Shown: positions 20,204-32,957 of the stretch, piece after piece
Layout of the letters: each line of letters begins with the position of its first letter
Position numbering within the stretch: the stretch's first letter is position 1
NCBI GenBank assembly: GCA_977030845.1
Contig: OZ365119.1
Location: forward strand, 8,122,001-8,186,000
DNA: 64,000 nucleotides
Reading direction: 5' to 3'
From: Fimbriosthenelais zetlandica
Taxonomy: Eukaryota
The notes under the pieces: generated by a model
What the model was told of the DNA's origin: nothing
Seen by the model: the letters and a program-made list of their open reading frames with translations, nothing else
Databases searched by the model: none
Position numbers and translations under genes: made by a program

Positions 20204-21419
20204 ATCCCTCTCTCTCTTTCTCTCTTTCGGTGTAATGGCGTAAGAGGATATAAGCCAATTTGAAATGAAACGGTTTATAAGCTTGTGAGAATATATAGCT
20301 TTCTTCTGTTGGTTGCAGATTTTGCTCTTTTCCACCTGTGATTGTCATTTAGCGGAAATTGTCCTTTTAGCTGAAGCCATGTGAAAATAAAACAATTGCC
20401 TCTGTCATTGGTATCACCTATCACCTCAGGGCCCGTTTCAAAAGGAGAATAATGTATCCTTCGTTAGTTTGGTATAATAAAGGCCTGAATAAGTTAAAGC
20501 TATGATACCAGCCCTATAGGTCAAATGTATTTGACAATTTTGGAATTTGGCGTTCATTTTTAGTAGCGCTAATTGCCCCTTTAATTGGTCTCCATTAAAG
20601 AAAGAAATCCTCCTTAAAGGGTTAATGATTGAGGAAGGAGATAAGAGGGTTTATCAGTAAGGTATAGGAGGGTTCTTCCACGTGATGGGGCCCAGGTTCT
20701 AGTATGGAATGTGCTGCCCTAGCTGCACTGCCAGACCCAATACATCTACCAGCGTGATGGTGCTGTAGATTCCCTGGCTTCTCGCCAGAGGGAAGTGCGG
20801 AAAAGGCGGAAAGGGAATAAAAGTCTGTCTGTGCGGTCAACGTCCGTGGATTGACTGAACCCATAATAGTAAGTGTGTACACAGATGAGCTCAACTCTCA
20901 CTGACAACTGTGGCTTCTTGGGGCTTCTTCTATGCATGATGTGTCTATTTAAATGTGTCAACTGTTTTCGGATGAGATTTTTTAATCCATATATAGCAAT
21001 GAAGTTCGTTTTTCGCTATAAATTATAGCAATGAAGTTCGTTTTCGCTATAAAAGTGGTAATGTTTTCTTGAAATGAAATATAACCTCACGCTCCCATCT
21101 ATATGCCCTTTACCCATATTGCTTTTATCTTCTAGGCAATCTTTCTATAGTTGTAGACCAATTGTCGCCTGCGTGCTTCCTTTGATGTCCTTGTCCTCCG
21201 TTTTCCGTCCATTCATCTCTTCATTATATTCTCTTCATTGTGCCTTCATCAACCATGTCTCCCTCTCTCTCCCTCTTTGTATCTCCCTCTATGTCCTCTC
21301 TCTATCTCTCTCCCCTCGCTCTCTATTTGTCTATCTCTCTCCTCGCCCTCTATCTTTCTGTCTCTGTCTCTCCCTCGCTCGATCCCTCTCTCTCGCTTTC
21401 CTTTCGCTCGCCCTCTCTC

Positions 21420-21420
21420 G

Positions 21421-21488
<68 letters not shown>
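21420..21488. repeat. (CT)n microsatellite, one of ~20 CT/GA tracts in the window
   Basis: About 30 near-perfect units. Similar tracts at ~20160, 34440, 37115, 39810, 46325 and 57770. Confidence 0.97.
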
Positions 21489-21489
<1 letters not shown>

Positions 21490-24400
21490 ACCCTCCCTCA
21501 TTCATTTATCCCCTCTATAAAGGTATATCAGCTGGCTCTTCCCGATTGCCCGCTCCCTCCCTCCTCTCAGGCTGTCACATAAGTCGTACATCACCTTCCC
21601 CCCCCCCCCCCGTCTCCCAACCCACCAGCGTTCCACCCCAGACATTTTCGTGGTCATTTTAATTTTACCCTCGTGTGTACTTTCGCCCATTGGATTATGA
21701 TAAAAAACATGGCTTGTCTTTACAATTGGAAGACGGGGAGATGGCCTCTGTGGGTGCCCATGGGAGTGAGTGGTGGGGTGGAGGGGGTGGGTGGGAGGGG
21801 GCGGCTATATTTATTAAGCCAAAGACAAAAATTACCTTGCGGAGCTGCATGAGATCCAAGGAGATTGGTGAAGGTGTTCCACACAGGGGGCGGGTGAGTG
21901 GTGGAAGTCTTCAAATGAAAAGGCGGGAAACTGACCCCAAACCTGAAACCGGCTGCTGATGTGTCAGCTTCTGTGAGGAAGAGAGAGGGAGGAGAGGTGG
22001 GGAGAGATGGGGGAGATGTGGGGAGAGAGAGGACAGGGGGAGCGAGATAAGACAGGGAGAGGGCAGGAGAGATGGGTAGAGAGACAGGGGGATAGAGAGT
22101 GCAGGAGGGGGAAGTCTGAGAGAGGAACAGAAGAGAGGAGCTCGACAGGGGGAAAAGGGAGATAGGGATCGAAAGATGAAAAGGAGATGGTTGAAATGAT
22201 GAGAGGAAATTAGAATGAAAAAGAACAAACATCCACAGAGAAAGATTCACTGAAATGCTTTCTGAGAAGGACATTCCATGAAGGGTAAACGTTGGTGGAA
22301 TGTGGGTGCATTGAAAGATGTTGAAAGGACATGGGTATTGTGGACAAAAAGGTGCCTGTTGTTGTCCCCTTTCTTGCTATACTACTAGTGCCTCCGACTG
22401 CCCAGTCCTTGACCACTCCTGTATCAGTATACTATGCTTTGGTCTCGGGTACTGCCTCTTAGTGTTACACTACTATTTCTAAGTCGAGCCAGCGATAATC
22501 CAAGCTTATGTATAGGGATTTGTAGAGGATTATAGGGAGTTACCCAAACGAGTTCTGACCAGAGTGATTGAGTGACCGTTTGCCCCCTCGCTGTGCTGGA
22601 GAATACAGGTACGATTCATACCGGAACCTCTTACAATGTTGGTCATTATTTCATGAGTTATTTTGCAGTTTTGAATGATGCAAAACATCAATTCTTACGA
22701 TTTAATTTGTCTTCTAATGTTTCATCCTCTTTTATAAGCTTCTTTTCATTCTTACTGTTCGCTTCTTAGTGTTAAAGCTTGTTCATTTTGATTATCTACC
22801 ATCTTAAATACTTACAAGACCCCCTCGTCTAACTCTTTCCTTTTCGATCTCTTTCTTTCCATCTATCTTTCTCTCTTTCTCATCTTCCTTTTCATGATCA
22901 GTTCTTCCTAAAGTTCCGTTTGCAGTTCGTAAACTGATTCTGTAACATCCACATATAGAGCTATATAAATTAGCTGAATCTGGTGTGTGGGTCATTGTGG
23001 GGATAACACAATCCATGACCTCTCACTGTGAGGTATTTGGCGTCCGTCCAGACTGACCAGTGCCATTTTGGATCCAGGGTCATCATGCCAGAGGCCGGCT
23101 ACAACATGTTATAGCTGTGTACACACACGACCGATGACCCGACCGAATTGATCCAATTATTTCCACTCCATCTCCAAATGGATTTTACCCATTCAGAAGT
23201 TCAATGTGACCAGTCAATTGCCTAAAAGAAATTGGGCAATATCTTTAACTAAAATGCTCATGTAACCACAGAAAAATTGGGCATATATTAGCATACAAAT
23301 CCAAATTGGGTCAATTATCAGTCATTTCATTGTCAAATTCTTGGCTGATTTCCTGCTAAAATGCGTCCGTAACCAATGCTTTCGTCACCTGAACTGTGAC
23401 AACAAGTTTTCATTATCAAAAAGTTCAAAGCAATTGGATTTCCAACAGAAGCAGCCCACCAATAATTTCCGACTCATGTAAAACTCTACTTTCATCAAAA
23501 AAGATTAAGAGGCATCCCACAGGGGGTCATTTTGGAACTTTATACAAGAAACTCTGTTATGAAATAAGTTTCATTTTACTTTTTAAATGGCTTATAGGAG
23601 ATCTGGAAGAGACACAGGACAAAGAGAGTGTGATGGGGTTTAGGATGGTGAGGGGTGGGGGTGAAGGGTTGGGGGGTGTCCCCCCTCAAGGCCCCTGGAT
23701 CCAAGTTGTATGTATACAACATGTTGTAGGACTCCCCTCTCTATATGCTGTGGATCTTCTTCCCTTTTCTCCCTTGGGGAAAAAAGAACTCCGGTAGGCA
23801 AGACGGGGGAGGGGGGATGGGGAGTATAGGCGGAAGAGGGTCGATTGGATGGAGAATCCAAACAGATTTAAAGGAACGCTGAAGAAATTCGTAAGACCCC
23901 CAAAAAAATAAATGTTGGGGGGAAAAAGCGAGAAATTATGGATCCGCCAAAATTTCCCTCTGAACCGTTAGGCAATCTTGGCAGCTGGGTAAGAGCCAGT
24001 CGTTGATCGGCTCCCCTGATCACTTGCTCATTTCTTAAAGGGGGAGGCAATGGTGAAATTGGCAGCTGGGGAAGCCTCCCATAGTCCCCCTCCCAGACCA
24101 AGCGTTCAGCGCGTTTCCCTGGCTCTAATGATGTCATAATCATCAGAATAAGAACCTTTGTGGAAATCCTTATTATCTCCTCTCTCTTCAATGAAGGAGT
24201 TAGGTGTGGTTTTCGCCATACCTTCCCCTGGAGAGACAGGAACGCCTCCACCGCCCCGGTGACCCAGACAGTGGCTGGGTGACCTTGGCCCGCCAGGCTT
24301 GAGGTCAGACGGCTCTTCCACCATTCGCCGTCACCCCCCGCCGTAATAACGGCTTGTGGGCTGCTGTAACCAGGCGCCGTGGAGGGAGGGAGGAGTCGGG

Positions 24401-27400
24401 GAGGAAGACCGCCTCCTCCTGGCTCTCCTTGCCGGCCTGGAGGAGCTCCCTTCCCGCCAGCCTTCCTTGGGGCCGGGGCGGTATGATTGAATGTATATCT
24501 TAGTTGTTAACACTCATAGGAGGGGCTACCATGGGGATTAAGTGAGAAATGTGTTCAAGGTAAACCAGTGCATATGTGGATGCATACTGTACGGTGGGCA
24601 CAGACTGGTCGGGTCCGTGGTATGGATTTAGTGGTGTATATTGGATGTTTTACCACACTGGAGTGTGATATTTGGGACTATACTGTATATGTAGGATTCT
24701 TCACTGGCTTGTTCTCCAGTGTAGGGGGCTGGAGGAGGCAGGAGCAGAAGGAGAGAGAGAGGTACACTGTTACACTGTATCCCAATTTTTGTCCCATGCA
24801 AGCACAGCATCCCCAGACAGAATTCCACAATGGAGTACACTCATACATACAACAATATGGATGCTTCCTTTTGAAAATTCCTCTCACATTAGGTGGTGTT
24901 TTTTCAAATGCTATGGACAGAAATTAAATGTGGGTGATGAGGGAAAGGCCCCCCACAATAAGACATGAACCGACATAGGTGGGTGTTTTTAATGTATCCT
25001 TTTAACATTAATTTGATGAATAATGTAGGTTTGGTGATAAGGTTGATGAATGCTCCATTTACAACTAAATAATGGGTAAGCTTTTGATGCTTTTGGTAGT
25101 ATGGTAGTATATAATGTAGTAGGTAGGATGATAGACAGGGTATCCATCTCTACAAAGATTCTAGTTACTTATAGATATATCTGGGTTGTACATGTCATAA
25201 TTAGTCCATTCTTCCTCATTGTATCAATCGGGCCCTATGGAAAAGAATCACGGCTGACTATTCTTGTGTTGAGGTTGGGAGATGGACAGACACCCCCAAT
25301 CAGACAGACAGACAGGCAGACAGTTTTAACCATGTACAGATTGATAGAAAGGGCCCGAGACAGAGAGACATGGTCCGAGACAGTGGGGCCATATTGACTG
25401 AGAGGTTATGATTCCCTGAAGAGGACATGGTCAGGTGACATTCATCTCCTTCCCCCTAATGTGTATACTGAGGTGTATGTCTGTCTGTCTGTCTGTCTGT
25501 CTGCGACTGTCCTAGGCCCTGTCCTCTATGGTACCTCCTGTCCTCTGATCTATGGTGCCTCCTGTCCTGTCCTCCATCAGTTTCTGTCTATCCCCACATC
25601 TGTTATAATTAGTTATGACCATCTCTCTTATTCTCAGACTGACCTATTTGTTGATGAGTCTGGACCAGTCTGGACCCCCTCTGCCTGCCTCTCTCTGCCC
25701 TTTAGTCTCTCTCCATCTCTCTGTCACCCCCTCTGTCCCTCTGTCTCTACCTCTATCCCCCATTATCTTCCCCTGTCCCTCCCTTATTCTCGTCTATCCT
25801 TAGGGGTGAAATTTTACTCTAAGGTGTATCCCCCATTCCTAACCCTGCCTCTACCCTCCTCTTTCTCTTCTAATATTTTTTCTTCTTTTCGAATTTCCTG
25901 TTTCTTGTCTCCTGTCTTTGCTCTTTGTCTTTGTCTCTATCTCTGTCTCTCTCCCTCTCTCTAGGCCCCTTTTTCTCTGTATACCCCATCTTTCTTTCCG
26001 TCCCTTCCTTTTTATCTGTCCGTTTTGATCCTCACTGACAGTCCCCTTCTCTCTTCCCACTCTCCATTTTGATTCTCGAGATCCATCTCTCTCAATAATC
26101 AAGTACAACGATTTTCAGATAAACATATAAAAGATGCCGTCATCAAATGACATAAAATCAGAGTATAGTCTGCCCAGCTCCATGCCTCATTCCGGCCCCT
26201 GGCTCTCATATAGGACACCGCCAGGCTAAAGTGGTACATTTTGGTGGAATGACCCCTCAAATTGGTCCAGTATTGCTCCTAATTGAGCAAATGGTCTAAA
26301 TATAGCTTCTATAGCGCTGCATGCAGGTCTCACATATGGATTCATGTTATAATATCCAACATGAGCTTGAGAAAGCATGTGTGATTTTTGTTTTGCATGG
26401 GTTGAATAAGAAAGCAAGCATTTGTAAGCACGAACTGTAATTGGCAGTTACACTGTATCCCCAAAAGCATTTTAAAAGCATTTTCCGTCATTTTATTTGA
26501 CCGATATTGCTTCGTTGAATCATATTGTATATTAGGGTTCGCAGGATGAGAGAGGTGCGAAAAAGTCTGGTATGCCATATTTCAATTTACACACACGTAC
26601 CAAAAGTTTTGGCCGTTTTCCATGTATAAGTCTGTATTTGAAAAGTTGGTATAATTGGGAGTGCTCTACGGTAAATAAATTGTCAGTGCATCTGATGCCC
26701 GTTTCTGAAATCTATGAACTAATGAATCGTAGGTTTCTTTTGAAACGGGTATGATAAGGTGTGCACACTGTTGTACGCATGAAGAACATTTTAAATATTG
26801 ATGTAAATGTTCTGTGACAATGCTACTATATTATATAAAGCTTAGAGGCAATAACAAGGCCGGCTAGTTTATATTATACCCCACAGGGGGCATCCAAGAT
26901 TCCTTCCTGGATGCCGGGAATTCCCACTGGTCTGGATTCCCGACCATGTAGTAAATGGCCAGGCACTGTAAAAACAGCTCTTTTCACTCCAAAACCGAGG
27001 TGTTAACCTTGTAAAAACACTCTGTCATGCATAGATGGGTTTTTAATTATGATTAGGAGGCCATTTACGAGCGTTAGTTCGTTATAAAATCCCTTAATGT
27101 TAACGAAATAATGTTGACGAAAGTCTCATTATTTTATTGATAGTTTTCAGTATAATTGTCCCTCAACACATTACATTTTGACCATAGCTTCGTTCTAACC
27201 CATTCTAGATGCTGAATTTTCTTTTCTTTTTTTCTTGGGAGTGGGGGTTCCGTGCCCTTGCCTGTTGGTTGTGTCAGGGCATGTCCAAGCATGGTAGAGA
27301 CCGGTCTGTCAAGCCTCTGAAAATAGCCCCAGAACATGTTCATACATGTATACTTTCACCCAAATCCCCGACCCATTCATCCATTGTAAGCTGGTACCTA

Positions 27401-27559
27401 CAATCCACCCTAAATCCGACCTTCCTGTACTGCAAGGTTGACGCGACGAGTTCTATATTCATCTCAATATGCAGCACAACCTTCGTGCATAAACACCTTG
27501 AATTTCATCTTGAAAAACAATTAAATTCTTTCACGTCTTGTGGTCAACCCTCTGATTAG

Positions 27560-27830
27560 AGGAGACACCAGTTCTAGTAAATTCGACCTTATTTTGCCCA
27601 TTAAAAGCACCCACCAGGAATTAAGATATCTAGCTATGCCTCCAGTACCTTGTCTAGTGAACACTTTATCGCACTCTCAGATTTTTTTGGGTGTCGTACG
27701 TAGCCCTTCTAATTAGGGAACACCTCCTTGTAGTGAACACTTTTTCAAATTTAAAATTATTGAGGTGCCGTAGGTAGCCCCCTCAGATTAGGGAACACTT
27801 CGATATCGAGAACATTTTTTCAGTCTCTGA
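27560..27830. mobile_element. Degraded Tc1/mariner-pogo-like MITE family copy (repeated TAG[T/G]GAACAC motif)
   Basis: Same subterminal motif seen at 28615-28745, 30478-30520 and 55091-55227. Confidence 0.5.
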
Positions 27831-28614
27831 CTTTGCCGCCCTGGTCAGCCAGTATACCCTGGAGAAATATATATAGATTTTCCAAGATTAGAAGATATAT
27901 ACATTTATTAACTATCGCAATATCCAATAAATCTGCTCAAAATATGCAACTCACCGGCTGTTATGAAACTCATAAGAGCAAACTGAGATTGTGAGCAAAC
28001 TTAAATGTGAAAAAAGAGGCACAAAATTCTGTCTTAGAGAAATAACCCAATACCATAAATTAGGTCTAATATATGCCCCTATCAACCCGAAATTCAGATA
28101 TTAAAAAGCTACATTGTTTTAGCCAATCAGAAGCCGCCGTTTACGCGAGTGCGGGCCACGTTACGTCGCCCTAACCTATCCGCTTCCATCCTCACCGTCA
28201 GTGCGGGATGGCTGCATGTTTAACGATGTTTTTGAATCGTTTTGAATTGAATTACATTATCCTAATTAAAATTATGAGTTAATTCGTCCTTTTTTTTTAA
28301 TTTCAGGAGACGATAATCAAGCATTCGGGACCTGAATATCGTGGTAAGTAGCTGTTGATTATAGCATTATTATTTTTCTTGAGATACCACCATCTTCCAA
28401 CCCACACCAGTCATTTTTGCGCTTAAAAAAACTAATATTAGAGCACTGTAACTGGTATTAGTAGTTAGTTTTTTCTCTGGCAGGGAGCAGCACTGGGTAG
28501 TCATCTTTTGCAAGTCACCGACCCGACCTCCCTCTCCTCCCGATCTCTCTCTCTCTCTGGGTCTCTCGCTCACTGTCCCGGTCAGGGCGGCTTACCATTG
28601 TGTCATATTATATA

Positions 28615-28745
28615 CAGTAACACCTCGGTGACTGAACACCTCTTATTAACGAACACCCCTGAATACTGAACACTTCACAAGCACTTTAAGTTCCTCAGGT
28701 GTCTTGGAGACTGGTCCATGGAACACTTCCATATCGTGAACAGTG
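28615..28745 (+). mobile_element. Tc1/mariner-pogo-like MITE left end (TA|CAGTAACACCTC...)
   Basis: TA followed by CAGT-type terminus and repeated GAACAC motifs. Partner TIR not found. Confidence 0.5.
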
Positions 28746-29815
28746 TTTCTCAGGCATGTTTTCACTTCATCAAAGTTTCAAAGTTTTCCTGTATGCATGT
28801 GATGTAGACTATTCTCCCTTCTCTCACTCTCTCTCCTTCTCCATCTCTCCATCCCTCCCCCTCTCCCTCTCTCTCTCTTTCTTTCTCTCTTCTCTCTCTT
28901 TCTTTCTCTCTCTTCTCCCTGTCCCTCCTTTCCCTCTCCTCTCTCACCCTCCCTTCCTCTCACTCCCTTTCTCCATTATATGGGACAAATGATAACTGCC
29001 CATAACTACCCGGACCGTGAATTCATGCCCCTTTAAGAACATTTCATGTGACTGTCGAATATAAACAACTTATTAGAAATCATTAATATGCATGGCTGCT
29101 GTAACCAATGAGACCATCTGATGTCTCTATTTATATCCTCACAAACAAAGAGCATTTCACTGCTTTGTTTTCAATGTTTCAAAAAATACTACCTGACTGA
29201 CAGCTAGGTCCTTAACTGCTATAGTTTATCATTAATAAAAGGAATACATAAAGTAGCACTCGCTGCGAGTCTACATTATATGTACATGTAAGACTATTCC
29301 ACATGGCTGACATGGGGGAATTCCGCCTGACTTCGATTAATAATACCATTTCTTATTTTAATTGTGGATTGCTGTTTTGTTGTGAATAGGGAGAGGGAGT
29401 GGTGGAGGGATAGAGGGAGGAAAAGAGACGGAGAAATAGAGAGAGAGAGATAGAGAGAGACAGAGATAGAGGGAGAGAGAGAGGTGGGGGTGGAGGGAGC
29501 ATATATATAGGAAGAGAGGAAGAGGCAGTTACAAGGAGAAAAAAAAGAAAAAAGTGCACCCAACGGTTATTGCAGTCATGCTTGGGTGCACCAGAACTTG
29601 GCGCGTATAGGGACTTGAAAAGTTGAATAACACCTGCTGAGGGAGGTCGTCTCGGCATTGTGTCATCAGCGTTCTTTTTCGCTGGTTTCCTTGGCGACCG
29701 ATGGTGGATAATGTGTGTAGATACGCGGCGTGATTATCGGCGGTGTGTGATTATCGGCAGGGCTTTCTTCACGGCCGCTGGATCGTGTGACTCAGCTGTG
29801 ACTATTAGTTTCACA

Positions 29816-29827
29816 TTTCCCGCCAAA
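29816..29827 (+). promoter_or_regulatory. E2F consensus site TTTCCCGCCAAA in a CpG-rich patch
   Basis: Exact motif, with AP-1 TGACTCA at 29788. Motif only. Confidence 0.3.
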
Positions 29828-32696
29828 AATCTACTCTATTCGCATCCAGTTTCTCCCTTCCTGCTTCCCTCCCTCTCCCCTCTACCCTCTTCTCCCTCCC
29901 TTATTCTTTCATTCTCTCTTTTCCTCTCCTTCCCCTTCTTTCCCGATTCATCCATTTCCATCAATGTCGTTACCCTTATAGTTCCCCCGGGATAGTTCCT
30001 CTCAGTTACCCTTCCTCTTGCCCATCTCTTTCTGTCTCTCTCTCTCTCCCTCTCTATCCCACTATTTCTGTTTCTCATTCATCCTCCCCTTCCCAACCAT
30101 CCCTATAAACATATATATACCATAATTTCTTCCTTTATTATTTTATTTTAATAGTAATTTTTGTTTTCTTTGTTTTCAGACTTGCAGGATGATCTATGTT
30201 TGAAGGTAGGTTGAGTTTGGTTCCTCTCGGGCCATATTGAATTCTTTATTACAGCCATGAACTAAAATCCTTATATGAAAGTCTCTATTGAAGGAAAACA
30301 TCTGATTAAGGAACTGTTACAGTTCTTTGCAACCCCAATTCGGTTCATGATATGTCATATACAGCTCCCTCTGAATAGTTCATATAACCAGAGAGACTAC
30401 AATCTCTGATATAATGCTTCTTACAGTTCATGAGATTCCGTAAGTTGCTCCCTCGGATTTGGTGAAGTTCTGGAGGTGTCGTATACAACCCCCTTTTATT
30501 AGGGAACACCTCCATAATAGATATCATTCTCAAAGTTACACGTTATTGAGATTCCATATGATCCCTTTTAATTAGACAACCGGCAACCCCTCCTTGTATC
30601 GCATTTGAGTCGTCCCCAAAGTATTTATTTTACTTAGGTTTGCCTATGCTCTTTTGGGGGGAACAGGGATTATAAGGGGGAACTGTATAGATTTTTAGGG
30701 AAGTGATCAAATGGGGGGAAGCCTAATTTTGTAGGGGAAGAAGCCCAGGGGAAGTGACTGAGGGAGGAGCCGGGGGAAGTGTACTGCCTCGCAGTGACAG
30801 GGGCATTGAATGGTAGGCCATTGAACCCGGGGTGGGAATGGTGCTGGTGGTGGTGGTATACATGGAGAGTGGTGGTCGGGCGGTGGTGCATGGTGGTCTA
30901 TGCCTTCATACATGAATGATTGGTTTCTATTAAACTGTCTCCAAGGCTTGATATGCCACCAGACCTACTGGAACCAACGAGTCTACACTCGTTGCTGGAA
31001 CCTAAGACGCCTCCTTAGACTTTTCAAAATTGCCAACATGTCTGAATTGGGATTTCTATGTACCCAAAATGGTGGCGCTTTCAGAGAGATTCCTACCTGC
31101 CTGTTTTAGTGGATATTTTGTGTTGTCCTATGCCTGATTGTCCCCAGTTCCTATCGGGATGTCTTAAGGGCTGTCTTATGCCTATAAGACCTGAGTTAAT
31201 CGGGGGCGTTCAAGCCCTAAAGCAATACACAAAGTGATTAGAGTTTATGAACAGTAATAAAGTATCAAGTATCCAGAGCATGTTAAATCTCTCCCTACTC
31301 ACTGCCATGACTTATGACTTTTCTGTACACAGACATCAGACTAATATTGAAGTTACTTTGCCTGTAGTGAACTTTGTGAGCACATGTGCAGTCAATTTTC
31401 ATGCCTCTTGTATCTTTCCTTCCCAATCCCGGTCTTTTTCTGCCCTTTTATCCAAACCAAATAGGTCACCAATATGCTTTCATTCCATGTTGCTGTTACC
31501 AAAATGAGCTTCCAAGATCCAACTTCTACATGTAGATCGAGGCTCACTCTCATCTGACCTGAGACATGTCATGGCTTGGGACATGGTCCATCTGTTTACC
31601 CGGTTTACCAAAGCCTACCCTGTATCCTGTGCCCAAAGATCTCCAGGTCGCCACCCTTTACCATTACAACATGGACCTTCTGATCACACCTGAGTAGTTC
31701 CTGCTTTTGTTGTGTCAAGTACTTCCCAACAGACTGCAAGTCAGACCAGGGATCTGAAAAATGTCCCAGCTACTTGAGTCAGGCCTAGTGTTCTGATTGG
31801 TGATTCCTGGACTTCTGTAACTTCCCAAGGGACTGCACGTATACATGGGAGAGAGACTGGCAATCCTCCTGTCTTCTATAAGGGCCAGATTTCCGTTCAA
31901 CATGTCTCAAAACTTCCCCAACTTGTACTAGACCCAGGAGCTTGTTTCCCAAGGGTGAGCCTTGTACTTTCATCTGCCATTAGGCCCCGACTACTTCTCA
32001 AGGTGCCCACATACTTCCCCAGTTGCTTTAGGAGCTACAGGTACCCTGTTTTCTTAGGGTTGAGCATTGGACTTCAGACAACTCTCTTTTCAATTTCCTT
32101 TGCCAGATTCTTTCCAAGATGCCCCTGAAACTGCTCAAGCAATCGGCTAGTGTTTGAACATGCCCACCTGAAAGTGAGGCTGACAATACTAATCTTGAGA
32201 GAGTGTCTTTTCATCTGGCCCCAAAGGGCCCTAAGCGTTCGGAGGTACTGGTCAGCTAGCTAGGTATCCAGCTTTTTGACAGATGAGCATTGGATTTGAG
32301 ACATGCACTCTCCCAGAGTTCCTTCCAAGGTGCCTTCCCAAAACCATCCGAGTCATCTTGAGACAAGTCTTGTTGGGGGGACCCATGCCTAGATTTTGTC
32401 CAGGGAGCCCCCTTGCCTGAGAAACTGTGACTTTCTTACTTGAGACATGCACTTTTCGTCTCCCTCTCCCCAGGTTTCTTTCAATGGTGCCCCCAAACCT
32501 TCTGAGCAGGTGTCCTTTCATCGCCCCTTCCCAGATTTCCTTCCAAGGTGCTCCCAAAACCATCCAAGTCTCTTTTCGGATACCAGGCCAAGATTGTGTC
32601 TATGGAACCCCCTAGCCCAAGAGACTCTGACTCCCTTCCATCCTAGTCTGTTATGGTCCTTCCAACCGTGTAGCAAGTGTCAGGATCTCTCTGGAT

Positions 32697-32957
32697 AGGG
32701 CTCCTGTGGTCTGGAAAAACCTAGTAAGTCGTCTAGAGACTTACTAGGTCTTCCCAGATCATAGGGGCTCCTCCTATGATCTGGAAAAACCTAGTAAGTC
32801 GACTAGTTATTCTGGAAAACCTAGTAAGTCGACTAGTTAGTCTGGAAAACCTAGTAAGTCGACTAAAGACTTACTAAGTCTTTCCAGATCACAGGGGCTC
32901 CTGTGATCTGGAAAAACCCAGTAAATCTACTAGAGACTTCCTACAAAGGTCTTTCCA
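32697..32957. repeat. Foldback array of a 20-bp unit (CTGGAAAAACCTAGTAAGTC) in both orientations
   Basis: Forward copies at 32711, 32781, 32812, 32842, 32908. Reverse copies at 32738, 32868, 32935. AG(G)GGCTCCT spacers at ~32697, 32763, 32893. Confidence 0.9.

Larger units (their letters stand above)
28121..30205 (+). other. Unidentified spliced transcript start: NF-Y box, CpG-rich first exon and two micro-exons
   Basis: AGCCAATCAG at 28121; donor CC|GTCAGT at 28197; exon 28307-28343 (TTTCAG / GTAAGT); exon 30180-30205 (TTTTCAG / GTAGGT). Coding status unknown. Confidence 0.55.

Noticed and set aside
19573-20625. piggyBac-like ends TTAACCC...GGGTTAA
   Set aside because: Inverted similarity does not extend beyond CCC.
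24250-24330. SH3-like stretch GEWWKSRLTSSLAGQGHPATVWV
   Set aside because: It lacks the N-terminal ALYDY part and the GxxPxNY spacing, so the match is probably chance.
26966-27030. CACTG-type (EnSpm/CACTA-like) terminus
   Set aside because: No matching opposite end was located.
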